In this document: positions 27,327 to 35,963 of the stretch, piece after piece
Numbering within the stretch: the first letter of the stretch is position 1
Layout: each line of letters starts with the position of its first letter
Origin: Minisyncoccota bacterium
GTDB taxonomy: Bacteria > Patescibacteriota > Minisyncoccia > Phycocordibacterales > UBA9973
Assembly: GCA_041664745.1 (NCBI GenBank)
Contig: JBAYKD010000001.1
Coordinates: 27,097-91,096 of the forward strand
Length of the DNA: 64,000 nucleotides
Direction: 5' to 3'
Notes under the pieces: model-generated
Told to the model about the DNA's origin: nothing
The model's input: only the letters and a program-made list of their open reading frames with translations
Databases searched by the model: none
Program-made: the position numbers and the translations under genes

Positions 27327-27776
27327 ATGCAAAAATTTGAAGATTTAATAAATAAAAATAAATATCAGGTTTTTGTATTTTGTTGCCCTGCGTATTTCCC
27401 ATTTAATTATTTTAGGCATCCTTGGTTTGTATTAAATAAAAAAGGAGAAATATCAAGATGGGAAATACGACATTATATAAATAAAAAAACTCTTGATTAT
27501 TTATTTTTAAATCAACAGATGCCATTTGAGGGAACTAATATGACTTATTTAATAAATAAAAAATGGAACGCAAGTCTTTTGGGTTCTATAGAAGACGATG
27601 TTGCAGTAAAAGCAATAGATTTTATTGAAAATTCTCCCAAAAATTATCCTTATTGTAAAAAGTATTCTTATGTGGGTCCTAATAGTAATACATATGTTCA
27701 AATGGTTTTAAACAAATTTCCAAAGTTTAATATTAAATTATCTAACCGGTTTATAGGAAAGGATTTTCATGTATAA
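27327..27776 (+). CDS. hypothetical protein (possibly DUF3750-like)
   Basis: 149-aa ORF abutting the previous stop codon. RHPWFVLNKKGEISRWEI. The family assignment is uncertain. Confidence 0.6.
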   Translation: MQKFEDLINKNKYQVFVFCCPAYFPFNYFRHPWFVLNKKGEISRWEIRHYINKKTLDYLFLNQQMPFEGTNMTYLINKKWNASLLGSIEDDVAVKAIDFIENSPKNYPYCKKYSYVGPNSNTYVQMVLNKFPKFNIKLSNRFIGKDFHV

Positions 27777-27777
27777 T
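27770..27777 (+). promoter_or_regulatory. -10 box TG-TATAAT overlapping the preceding stop codon, 8 nt before the murC ATG
   Basis: TATAAT at 27772-27777. Confidence 0.45.
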
Positions 27778-27785
27778 AAGAATAT

Positions 27786-29120
27786 ATGACAGAACTTGAT
27801 TTAAAGACAATTAAAAACGTTCATTTTATAGGAATCGGAGGGATTGGAATCTCGGCGGTGGCTAGGATGATGCTTCATGATGGGAAGAAAGTGAGCGGGC
27901 AGGATATGCAAGGTGGGGAAATAGTAGAGGAACTTATAAAGCTAGGTATAGATATTAAAATAGGTCAGTCTTATGAGAATATACCAGAAGATACTGATTT
28001 GATAGTCTATACTATTGCTATAGATACTTACGATAAAGAACTTGCAGATAAGATAAAAGCTCAAGATATTGTGCCTGTCCGTTCATATCCACAAATGTTG
28101 GATATTATAAGTCGTGATAAATATACGATTGCAGTATCAGGAACTCATGGCAAGACGACAACGACAGCAATGATCGCACAGATATTAGGTGAAGATGGGG
28201 AAGACCCTTCTGTCATAGTTGGAAGTTTAATTAAAAATAAAGATGGCACTCGTTCTAACTTTATATATGGTAAAAGTAAATATCTAGTGGTAGAAGCATG
28301 TGAATACAGAAGATCATTTTTAAATATTAATCCGAAAGTTCTAGTTATTACAAATATAGATGAAGATCATCTTGATTATTACAAAGATATAGAAGATATA
28401 AAAAATGCATTCCATGAGATGGCAATGAAAGTACCTACCGATGGATTTGTTGTTTGTAATCCAAATGATAAAAATATTGCTGATGTAACAAAAGATATAA
28501 AAGCAAAAGTTATAAATTGGGAAGAATTTTATAATAGTGAATTGAAGTTAAAAATTCCAGGAATTCATAATAAGAAGGATGCAGCGGCGGCTATAGCCGC
28601 CGCTGCCACTTTGGAAATTTCCAAAGAAGTAGCAGAGAAATATGTTGTGAATTTCCCAGGTACATGGCGACGATTTGAATTCAAAGGGAAGCTCTCAAAT
28701 GGAGTTTTTATTTACGATGATTACGCTCACCATCCCGTAGAAATTACTTCTACACTCGAAGGCTTTAGAGAATTGTACTCTAAGGCGGACGGATGGAAAT
28801 TAACAATAGTCTTTCAACCTCATTTATTTAGTCGTACAAAATTACTTTTAAACGACTTTGCACAAAGTTTCAAAGATGCAGACAAGGTTTTAATTCTACC
28901 AATTTATTACGCAAGAGAAGTTGATGATGGGACTATTTCCTCAAATGTCTTAATGAGTGAGATAAATAAATACTCGAACAATGGAGAGGCCTTTTCCTCT
29001 TTTGAAGAATTAGAGAAATATCTAGAATTAGGGCTCTCTCATATGGGGGAAAAGGATATAATAGTGACTATGGGCGCTGGGGAAGCCTTTAAGGTTGGGG
29101 ACTTCCTTTTAAAAAATTAA
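27786..29120 (+). CDS. murC: UDP-N-acetylmuramate--L-alanine ligase
   Basis: 444 aa. HFIGIGGIGISAVARMM, SGTHGKTTTTAMIA, DDYAHHP. Confidence 0.94.
   Translation: MTELDLKTIKNVHFIGIGGIGISAVARMMLHDGKKVSGQDMQGGEIVEELIKLGIDIKIGQSYENIPEDTDLIVYTIAIDTYDKELADKIKAQDIVPVRSYPQMLDIISRDKYTIAVSGTHGKTTTTAMIAQILGEDGEDPSVIVGSLIKNKDGTRSNFIYGKSKYLVVEACEYRRSFLNINPKVLVITNIDEDHLDYYKDIEDIKNAFHEMAMKVPTDGFVVCNPNDKNIADVTKDIKAKVINWEEFYNSELKLKIPGIHNKKDAAAAIAAAATLEISKEVAEKYVVNFPGTWRRFEFKGKLSNGVFIYDDYAHHPVEITSTLEGFRELYSKADGWKLTIVFQPHLFSRTKLLLNDFAQSFKDADKVLILPIYYAREVDDGTISSNVLMSEINKYSNNGEAFSSFEELEKYLELGLSHMGEKDIIVTMGAGEAFKVGDFLLKN
28581..28606. repeat. perfect 26-nt GC-rich palindrome inside murC (GCAGCGGCGGCTA TAGCCGCCGCTGC)
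   Basis: Encodes AAAAIAAAA in the HN..A.AA.A region of MurC. Confidence 0.7.
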
Positions 29121-29122
29121 TA

Positions 29123-29872
29123 ATGATATATAATGTATATATGGAAAACAACAACAAATTTTTAATGTTTTTAAATACGAGAATATTTATTGCGATAGGA
29201 ATTGTAGCGGCAGCATTTATAGGAGCTTACGCTTTTTATCAAATTCGTTCTCTTGATAATACTTTGACAGTTACAGGCAGTACTACAAAACAAGTAACCT
29301 CAGACCACGTAAAATGGGTCGGGGCTATAAATCGTGTAGTGAAAGCAAGTACACTCAAGACTGGTTATGCTGATATGGCAAGTGATTTAGTATTTGTGAA
29401 AGAATTTTTAAAGAGTAAAAATATTCCAGATAATCAAATAGTTATTTCTCCTATTTTTATGGATCAAAATTATGATGGGCCACAAGGTGGAGAGAGGAGT
29501 TATACTCTTCGTCAAACTATAGATATCAATTCTTCTGATGTGGATGCCATTGGAGAAGTAGCCAAGAATGTACAACCACTTATAGAAAAAGGTGTAATTT
29601 TCTCAACTCAATCTCTTGAATTCACTTATTCAAAACTTCCAGAGGAACGTGTCTCAATGTTAGCCGATGCAGTCAAGGACGCGCAAGCACGTGCCATGAG
29701 CCTAGCTCAATCAAGTGGTAAAGTTGTAGGACAATTGAAAAGTGCAACTTCTGGTGTAGTTCAGGTGATGTCTGCCAATTCAACAGATGTAAGTGACTAT
29801 GGATCTTATGATACTTCAAAAATAGAGAAGAATATCATGATGACTGTCAAAGCTTCATTTACTCTAAAATAA
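29123..29872 (+). CDS. SIMPL domain (DUF541) protein
   Basis: 249 aa. N-terminal TM; AVKDAQARAMSLAQSSGKVVGQLKS. An alternative ATG lies at 29141. Confidence 0.75.
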   Translation: MIYNVYMENNNKFLMFLNTRIFIAIGIVAAAFIGAYAFYQIRSLDNTLTVTGSTTKQVTSDHVKWVGAINRVVKASTLKTGYADMASDLVFVKEFLKSKNIPDNQIVISPIFMDQNYDGPQGGERSYTLRQTIDINSSDVDAIGEVAKNVQPLIEKGVIFSTQSLEFTYSKLPEERVSMLADAVKDAQARAMSLAQSSGKVVGQLKSATSGVVQVMSANSTDVSDYGSYDTSKIEKNIMMTVKASFTLK

Positions 29873-29884
29873 ATTTATTTTATT

Positions 29885-30724
29885 ATGAAAAAATATTTTC
29901 TTTTTCTAATAATTACATTTTCTTTTTTATTATCTTGTAGTGTTTACGCTCAAGCTACTATTAATTCCGGTTTTATTCCGGGGCAAATTTGGTATTCTAA
30001 AGAATCTTTAATAGAAGGAGAAACTGTAAATATATATACCGCTATTTGGAATGGAGAAAAAGATACAGTATCTGCAAAAGTAGAATTTTATGATAAAAAT
30101 GTTATTTTGGGTACCAGAGAAATTTCTATTTCATCCGGAGAACTAAAGGATGTTTACATTCCTTGGAAAATTACAGCTGGTGATCATGTCATATCTGCTA
30201 AAACTATTTCATCAACAGTCGTTATATCAGGTAAGAAAGAAAAGGTGGTACTCAATCGTACAACAACTGCGAGCGACAAGCAGTTCGTACCAGTTCTTAT
30301 TAAGAATGCTGAAGGAGAGCAAGTAAAAGAGACAGATGTTTTGAAGAATCAAATAGATAAAGCAAGTAATGATATAGGAAGTATTATTCCGGACAATGTC
30401 AGTATTCCTATTACCAGTGGATTAGGTGTAGTAGATAATTTAAGAACTAATATTTTAGCGCAAGTAAATACCGTTATAGATGCGACCAAAAAGGATATAG
30501 GTAAAGTCCTAGGTACATCAACAGTGGAGCAAAAAATTCCCAACAAAATAGAAAAGGTGGGTAGTACGCAAGATGCCATAAAGAAACCTATCGCTTATAT
30601 AAAACTTTTTTTATTTTCAGTACTCTCTTTCATTCTCGGAAGTCGTATAGTTTTTTATTCTCTAATCGCTTTGATTTTATTTTTTATTTTTCGAGGAATT
30701 TATCGTAAAATACGAAACAGATAA
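29885..30724 (+). CDS. hypothetical exported protein with a C-terminal membrane anchor
   Basis: 279 aa. Signal peptide MKKYFLFLIITFSFLLSCSVYA and a C-terminal TM followed by RKIRNR. Confidence 0.65.
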   Translation: MKKYFLFLIITFSFLLSCSVYAQATINSGFIPGQIWYSKESLIEGETVNIYTAIWNGEKDTVSAKVEFYDKNVILGTREISISSGELKDVYIPWKITAGDHVISAKTISSTVVISGKKEKVVLNRTTTASDKQFVPVLIKNAEGEQVKETDVLKNQIDKASNDIGSIIPDNVSIPITSGLGVVDNLRTNILAQVNTVIDATKKDIGKVLGTSTVEQKIPNKIEKVGSTQDAIKKPIAYIKLFLFSVLSFILGSRIVFYSLIALILFFIFRGIYRKIRNR

Positions 30725-30737
30725 CCCCTCCACCTAT

Positions 30738-31019
30738 ATGAAAAGACTAATTTTTGACATATTTCTATTTATCTTTATATTCTTATTACCTTGGTGGGTG
30801 GTGTTAATTTTATCAATCATTGGATTATTTATATTTACGAGTTTTTATGAGTTTATTGTTTCTAGTATTGTAATATATGTGCTATATTCTGTTCCCTTAG
30901 ACACATTTTTAAATAAATCTATTTTTGTTTATGCTGGTATTATAGTTTTTTATTTAATGTCAGAGTATTTACGTCGTCATATAATTCTATATAAAAATGA
31001 AATTCCATATAAAACATAA
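30738..31019 (+). CDS. hypothetical small membrane protein (MreD-like position upstream of PBP2; unproven)
   Basis: 93 aa with three TM helices; overlaps the next gene by 23 nt. Confidence 0.5.
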   Translation: MKRLIFDIFLFIFIFLLPWWVVLILSIIGLFIFTSFYEFIVSSIVIYVLYSVPLDTFLNKSIFVYAGIIVFYLMSEYLRRHIILYKNEIPYKT

Positions 31020-32691
31020 ATACATAAAACGTGATATTGCTCCAGATGAGATATTTCTTGATTCCAAGAATTTACCCGAGTTCAATACTCAACAATTCGA
31101 AGGTAGGTTAGAGAAGCCAATACCCAAAAAGACAATTTTTTTAGTTGGGCTATCTTTCTTATTTTTTTCTTTTATTTTTATTTACCAACTAAGTAACTTA
31201 CAAATAATAAAAGGGGCACTATATTTCAAAAAAAGTCAAAATAATACTTTAATGAGGCAACCTATTTTTGCAGATCGTGGTCTTATATATGATAGGAATG
31301 ATGTTCTACTTACTTGGAATTCTTGGAATAAAGATGATTTGAATAAATTTTCCTCTCCAATTAGATCTTATATAAATGATCCAGGGTTTGGTCTTTTGCT
31401 TGGATATGTCAGTTCTCCAGCAAAAGATTCATCGGGGCGTTATTGGCAGGATTCTTTTATTGGTAAAGATGGCATTGAAAAGTCTTATAATTCTAATCTT
31501 ATAGGTAGTAATGGTGTTCGTATAACAGAAACAGATGTAAAAGGAATTATTCAATCAGAAAATGTTGTCACACCACCAGTAGCAGGGGAGAATTTAAAAC
31601 TCTCTGTTGATAGTAGAATACAAAAGAAGATGTATGATTCAATTTCGAATATGGCTCAAAGTGTAGGTTTTATGGGAGGAGCAGGAGTTCTTTTAGATAT
31701 TAAGACAGGGGAGGTATTGGCTATGACTAGTTATCCAGAATACAACAGTAATATTTTATCCCTTGGTAATGATAGTAAAACAATAAATGGATATTTTTCT
31801 GATAAAAGAAAGGTCTTTTTGAATCGTTCCGTTTCAGGACTCTATAGTCCAGGATCTATAGTTAAACCATTTTTAGGCTATGCTGCTCTAGTTGAAAATG
31901 TTATATCTCCACTCAAAACAATCTTTGCCAATGGAACAATATCAGTTCCTAATCCATATTTTCCAGATAAGAAGACAATATTTAAAGATCACGGAACTTT
32001 CGGTAATGTAGATATGAGGAAGGCCATTGCTATTTCATCAGACATTTATTTTTATGAAATTGGAGGAGGGTTTGAAAGTCAAAAAGGACTTGGAATTTTA
32101 AATATTGATAAATATTCAAAAATATTTGGTATTGGAGAGGAGACCGGAATTAATGTTAATGGAGAAAAAGCTGGGACGATTCCAACGCCCGAGTGGAAAG
32201 CTAAAACTTTTAAAGGTGATCCATGGAGAGTGGGTGATACTTACAATACCTCTATTGGTCAGTATGGTTTTCAAGTAACTCCTATTCAAATGGCACGAGC
32301 CGTGGCAGGTATTGCAAATAATGGAGTAATTTATACTCCCCATGTTACATTGGCTGATAAGAATTTTTCAATACCGGAAGTTGTTCTAGTTGATACTACT
32401 AAGATGACCGTAATAAAAGAGGGTATGAGAATGGCCGTAACTGAGGGAACTTGTATGGCTTTGAATCTTTCATCTGTGGAAGTAGCAGCCAAGTCTGGTA
32501 CGGCTCAGGTAGGTCTTGGAAATACAAATACAAATTCTTGGATAATAGGATTCTTCCCTTATGATAATCCCAAATATTCTTTTGCTTTAGTTATGGAACG
32601 TGGACCAAAAGCTGCATCAGGAAATGCTACTAGAGTTATGAGTGAAGTTATAGACTATATGAGTGTCTATATATCAGAATATCTTAAATAA
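30997..32691 (+). CDS. mrdA: penicillin-binding protein 2 (elongation-type transpeptidase)
   Basis: 564 aa. SPGSIVKP (SxxK), SSD, KSGTAQ. Confidence 0.88.
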   Translation: MKFHIKHKYIKRDIAPDEIFLDSKNLPEFNTQQFEGRLEKPIPKKTIFLVGLSFLFFSFIFIYQLSNLQIIKGALYFKKSQNNTLMRQPIFADRGLIYDRNDVLLTWNSWNKDDLNKFSSPIRSYINDPGFGLLLGYVSSPAKDSSGRYWQDSFIGKDGIEKSYNSNLIGSNGVRITETDVKGIIQSENVVTPPVAGENLKLSVDSRIQKKMYDSISNMAQSVGFMGGAGVLLDIKTGEVLAMTSYPEYNSNILSLGNDSKTINGYFSDKRKVFLNRSVSGLYSPGSIVKPFLGYAALVENVISPLKTIFANGTISVPNPYFPDKKTIFKDHGTFGNVDMRKAIAISSDIYFYEIGGGFESQKGLGILNIDKYSKIFGIGEETGINVNGEKAGTIPTPEWKAKTFKGDPWRVGDTYNTSIGQYGFQVTPIQMARAVAGIANNGVIYTPHVTLADKNFSIPEVVLVDTTKMTVIKEGMRMAVTEGTCMALNLSSVEVAAKSGTAQVGLGNTNTNSWIIGFFPYDNPKYSFALVMERGPKAASGNATRVMSEVIDYMSVYISEYLK

Positions 32692-32724
32692 TATGAGTTA
32701 GGGGTTTACTTATTAATCATAAAT

Positions 32725-32733
32725 TGCTACAAT
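32725..32733 (+). promoter_or_regulatory. extended -10 box TGcTACAAT, 10 nt before the greA ATG
   Basis: Sequence motif. Confidence 0.5.
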
Positions 32734-32743
32734 CCAGAAACTT

Positions 32744-33208
32744 ATGGAAGAAACAAATTATATAACAGAGGAGAAGAAACATGCATTACAAGAAGAACTT
32801 AAGCATTTAAAAACCTTTAAAAGAAAGGAAATTTTGGAATCTTTGGAAGCCGCTAAGGCTTTAGGGGATTTGTCTGAAAACGCTGAATATCATCAAGCTC
32901 GTGAAGATCAAGGTAAAACAGAAGATCGTATTAATCAGATTGAATACATGCTTCAGTCTTCAGTCGTAGTGAAAAAGCACCAGAGTTCAAAAGTTGAGAT
33001 AGGAACAACTGTAGTAGTAAATAAAGAAGGGAATAAGGATCATGTTACTTATAGTATTGTCGGAGCTGAAGAAGCAGATATGACCCATAATAAAATTTCA
33101 AATAAATCACCTCTTGGTGAAGCACTCTTTGGCAAGAAGAAAGGAGACGTTGTTTCTATTAAAACTCCCAAGGGACTAGCCAAATACACTCTAATTGATA
33201 TACAATAG
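32744..33208 (+). CDS. greA: transcription elongation factor GreA
   Basis: 154 aa. GDLSENAEYHQAREDQG and the C-terminal S..SPLGEALFGKKKGD. Confidence 0.93.
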   Translation: MEETNYITEEKKHALQEELKHLKTFKRKEILESLEAAKALGDLSENAEYHQAREDQGKTEDRINQIEYMLQSSVVVKKHQSSKVEIGTTVVVNKEGNKDHVTYSIVGAEEADMTHNKISNKSPLGEALFGKKKGDVVSIKTPKGLAKYTLIDIQ

Positions 33209-33212
33209 GGAT

Positions 33213-35132
33213 ATGGCATCTATTGAAGAATTACGCATTGCGCGATTTACTAAAATTACTAAATTAAAAGAAGCGGGTATGGATCCGTATCCTCCTTCTG
33301 TTAAACGCGATTACTCAATTAAATATGTTAAAGCTCTCTTTGAAGATCTTGCCCCCCAATCGGAGGACAAGAATATTTCTATTGCTGGTAGAGTAATAGT
33401 TGTGCGAGGTCAGGGGTCTATTTTATTTATAGTATTACAGGATGGAAATGAGAGATTCCAAGCTGTGCTTAAAAAGGATTCCCTAGAAGAAAAATTATTT
33501 AATCTATTTGTTGATACTGTTGACAGTGGAGATTTTATTTCTGTAACTGGTTCATTATTTATTACACAAAGAGGGGAACAAAGTATTTTGATAAAAGATT
33601 GGCAAATGGCTACAAAGGCTCTACTCCCGTTGCCTGATAAATGGCACGGATTGCAAGACATAGAAGAGATTTATCGAAAGAGATACCTTGATGTACTTAT
33701 GGATCAAGAGACTTACAATCGTTTCGTGATTCGTTCACAAGTTATAAAGTATATACGTGAATTTCTAGATAATAAAAATTTCTTAGAAGTTGAAACTCCG
33801 ATTTTGCAGAACGAAGCCGGAGGTGCCATGGCGAAAGTTTTTGAGACGCATCACAATGACTATGATATGCCTATGGTTCTTCGTATTGCTCTCGAGCTTG
33901 AGCACAAAATGCTTATGGTAGGTGGATACGAAAGAGTTTATGAAATAGGTAAAACTTTTAGAAATGAAGGATCAGACCCTACACACCTTCAAGAATTTAC
34001 AATGCTTGAATGGTACGCTGCATATCAAACGCTTGAGACGAATATGGAATGGACTGAGGAGCTTATAAAATCCATTGCCAAAGATTTAATGGGTAAGACA
34101 GTTTTTAAAGTTTATGATAATGATGGTAATGGAGTCGATGTAGATGTTGCTGTGGCTTGGGAGAGGATCACTTTTGGTGAATTACTAAAACGTGATGCAG
34201 GTATAGACATCGAAACTATAACCGAAGAGGATGCCAGGGCACAAGCTATCAAATGGGGAGTAAAAGAAGACGAAGCTAAAAAATTAGGAAGAGGCAATCT
34301 ACTTGATAAAATTTATAAAAAATGTTCAAGGAGGAAAATTATCAACCCAACCTTTATTACAGATTTCCCAGGAGACTTAAAACCTCTAGCTCAACAAAAT
34401 TCAAATGGAACTGCAAGAGTTTGCCAACTAATAATTGCAGGAGCTGAGATTACGAATCAATATGCGGAACTTGTAAATCCTGTGATTCAGAGAGAGTTAC
34501 TTGTGTCTCAAGGTAAAGCAAAAGAAAATGGAGATGAAGAAGCTATGGGTGTGAATGAAGGATTTATAACTGCTATGGAGCATGGTATGCCACCGATGAC
34601 AGGATTCGGAATGGGTATTGATCGCTTGGTGGCAATATTTACCGAGCAGAAGAATCTTCGTGATGTGATTTTCTTTCCCATAATGAAACCGAAGGAGAAT
34701 ATACAAGAATCTAAAGAAACAATGGTTGCGGTTGCAGTATTAAATACAGGAATTTCTCTTCTACCTTGGCAAGAATTAAATACAATAGCTCACTTGAATG
34801 CAGCTTTTGGAGCCAGAGTTGGTAAGAATTTATTCTCTCAAGATACAATAGAATCAAAAGATAATCATAAAATAAAATTGAATATTAAAAATGCAATAAT
34901 GATTAAAAAAGTAGACAGCTCAGATAAATTGAAGGTTTTGGCACTTGAAGCAAAAGGAAAAGAACTAGAGGTAGATGAATTTACTCGAGAAATGATTGAA
35001 ACAACGAATGACAAAAAAGTTGTTTCGATTACTTTGTCTAAAGATTTTAAAGATATTGAGTACCTAGGAGTATTAATTTATGGACCTAAAAATATTGTTG
35101 ATAATTTAACTTCAGAACTAGAAATGTATTAA
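33213..35132 (+). CDS. lysS: lysyl-tRNA synthetase (class II) fused to a C-terminal DUF2000-like domain
   Basis: 639 aa from the ATG at 33213 (MASIEEL). Class II motifs FRNEG, GGAMA, GFGMGIDRL. About 146 extra residues follow ..FFPIMKP. Confidence 0.9.
   Translation: MASIEELRIARFTKITKLKEAGMDPYPPSVKRDYSIKYVKALFEDLAPQSEDKNISIAGRVIVVRGQGSILFIVLQDGNERFQAVLKKDSLEEKLFNLFVDTVDSGDFISVTGSLFITQRGEQSILIKDWQMATKALLPLPDKWHGLQDIEEIYRKRYLDVLMDQETYNRFVIRSQVIKYIREFLDNKNFLEVETPILQNEAGGAMAKVFETHHNDYDMPMVLRIALELEHKMLMVGGYERVYEIGKTFRNEGSDPTHLQEFTMLEWYAAYQTLETNMEWTEELIKSIAKDLMGKTVFKVYDNDGNGVDVDVAVAWERITFGELLKRDAGIDIETITEEDARAQAIKWGVKEDEAKKLGRGNLLDKIYKKCSRRKIINPTFITDFPGDLKPLAQQNSNGTARVCQLIIAGAEITNQYAELVNPVIQRELLVSQGKAKENGDEEAMGVNEGFITAMEHGMPPMTGFGMGIDRLVAIFTEQKNLRDVIFFPIMKPKENIQESKETMVAVAVLNTGISLLPWQELNTIAHLNAAFGARVGKNLFSQDTIESKDNHKIKLNIKNAIMIKKVDSSDKLKVLALEAKGKELEVDEFTREMIETTNDKKVVSITLSKDFKDIEYLGVLIYGPKNIVDNLTSELEMY
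34614..34692 (+). repeat. direct repeat copy 1 (inside lysS)
   Basis: 77/79 nt identical to 35885-35963. Confidence 0.9.
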
Positions 35133-35143
35133 ATTCTGAAACT

Positions 35144-35182
35144 AAATACTAGTCCTAAGCGTGGCTTAGGACTAGTATTTTT
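35144..35182 (+). terminator. strong terminator of the fused lysS
   Basis: 17-bp stem AAATACTAGTCCTAAGC/GCTTAGGACTAGTATTT with a 3-nt loop. Confidence 0.8.
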
Positions 35183-35188
35183 GCAGTA

Positions 35189-35217
35189 TTGACTTATGTA
35201 GTTAAACATGTTATACT
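35189..35217 (+). promoter_or_regulatory. near-consensus promoter TTGACT-17-TGtTATACT
   Basis: -35 at 35189-35194 (the TTG used as ORF start in the track), -10 at 35212-35217. Confidence 0.6.
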
Positions 35218-35263
35218 TGAAAAAAATCCAAGACATGTGTTTTGGCAAAAAAATTTAAAAACA

Positions 35264-35785
35264 ATGGTTACAAAAAAACAGATTGCGGCATTGAAGTATA
35301 TGATCTTCGTGTCCAGGAATGATAATGAGCTGTCAAAGAGAATACTAGCGTTTCTCATTGATAAGTCAGAGAAATTGACAAAAGAAGTATGCATAACTCT
35401 TGTGGCAGATCGTGAAGGTTATACTGCTAGCGAAATAGAAAATGCTGCACATGCCATAGGTGGAATGAATAGTTCCAGTGGTACGACGCATCTTCATGCA
35501 CTTCTTTGCCTGATGGGGGGTAAATTTAGTTTTAGTCATCACTATGGTGATGTTGATCCGACACGTATTGGTAATATCTTCAATAATGATGGACAATTTG
35601 CTGGATTTGCTGTTTCCCAGGTACGGAGTCCTAATCTTGCTATTGAGGGGATGCCAACTCGTTACACTTTCTGGTTTTCAAAAAAAGACTACTCAAGACA
35701 AGCTCTTTACGTTGTCGCAACACGCGACATTCTTGAAAAAATTAACATCAAGAAATCTGGCTTATATACAAGTCTTGATTGCTAA
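35264..35785 (+). CDS. hypothetical protein (cargo of the lysS insertion)
   Basis: 173 aa from the first ATG downstream of the promoter. No family recognised. Visibly less AT-rich than its neighbours. Confidence 0.6.
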   Translation: MVTKKQIAALKYMIFVSRNDNELSKRILAFLIDKSEKLTKEVCITLVADREGYTASEIENAAHAIGGMNSSSGTTHLHALLCLMGGKFSFSHHYGDVDPTRIGNIFNNDGQFAGFAVSQVRSPNLAIEGMPTRYTFWFSKKDYSRQALYVVATRDILEKINIKKSGLYTSLDC

Positions 35786-35791
35786 AAATGG

Positions 35792-35845
35792 AACCTCACA
35801 CTAACAGAAAGCTTCATGCTTCTGGTGTGAGGTTTTTTGTTTTTT
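35792..35845 (+). terminator. compound terminator hairpin
   Basis: AACCTCACAC..GTGTGAGGTT outer stem, CAGAAAGC..GCTTCTG inner stem, then a T run. Confidence 0.7.
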
Positions 35846-35854
35846 AGAATAGGT

Positions 35855-35877
35855 ATCGTGAGGTCTTGCCTCACGAT
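35855..35877. other. 9-bp hairpin ATCGTGAGG-tcttg-CCTCACGAT abutting repeat copy 2
   Basis: Perfect stem; function unknown. Confidence 0.5.
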
Positions 35878-35884
35878 GTTGGTA

Positions 35885-35963
35885 GGTATTGATCGCTTGG
35901 TGGCAATATTTACCGAGCAGAAAAATCTGCGTGATGTGATTTTCTTTCCCATAATGAAACCGA
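35885..35963 (+). repeat. direct repeat copy 2 (orphaned)
   Basis: 77/79 nt identical to 34614-34692; both differences are synonymous in the lysS frame. Confidence 0.9.

Larger units (their letters stand above)
34693..35884 (+). mobile_element. 1192-bp inserted segment between the two lysS 3'-end copies (no recombinase gene)
   Basis: Bounded by a 79-nt direct repeat. Carries the DUF2000 module, two terminators, a consensus promoter and an orphan ORF. Confidence 0.45.

Noticed and set aside
35189-35263. N-terminal 25 codons of the track ORF 35189..35785, which starts at TTG.
   Set aside because: The TTG is the first half of a TTGACT -35 box with a TATACT -10 exactly 17 nt downstream, so this stretch is promoter and leader. 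The first ATG after the predicted start site is 35264.
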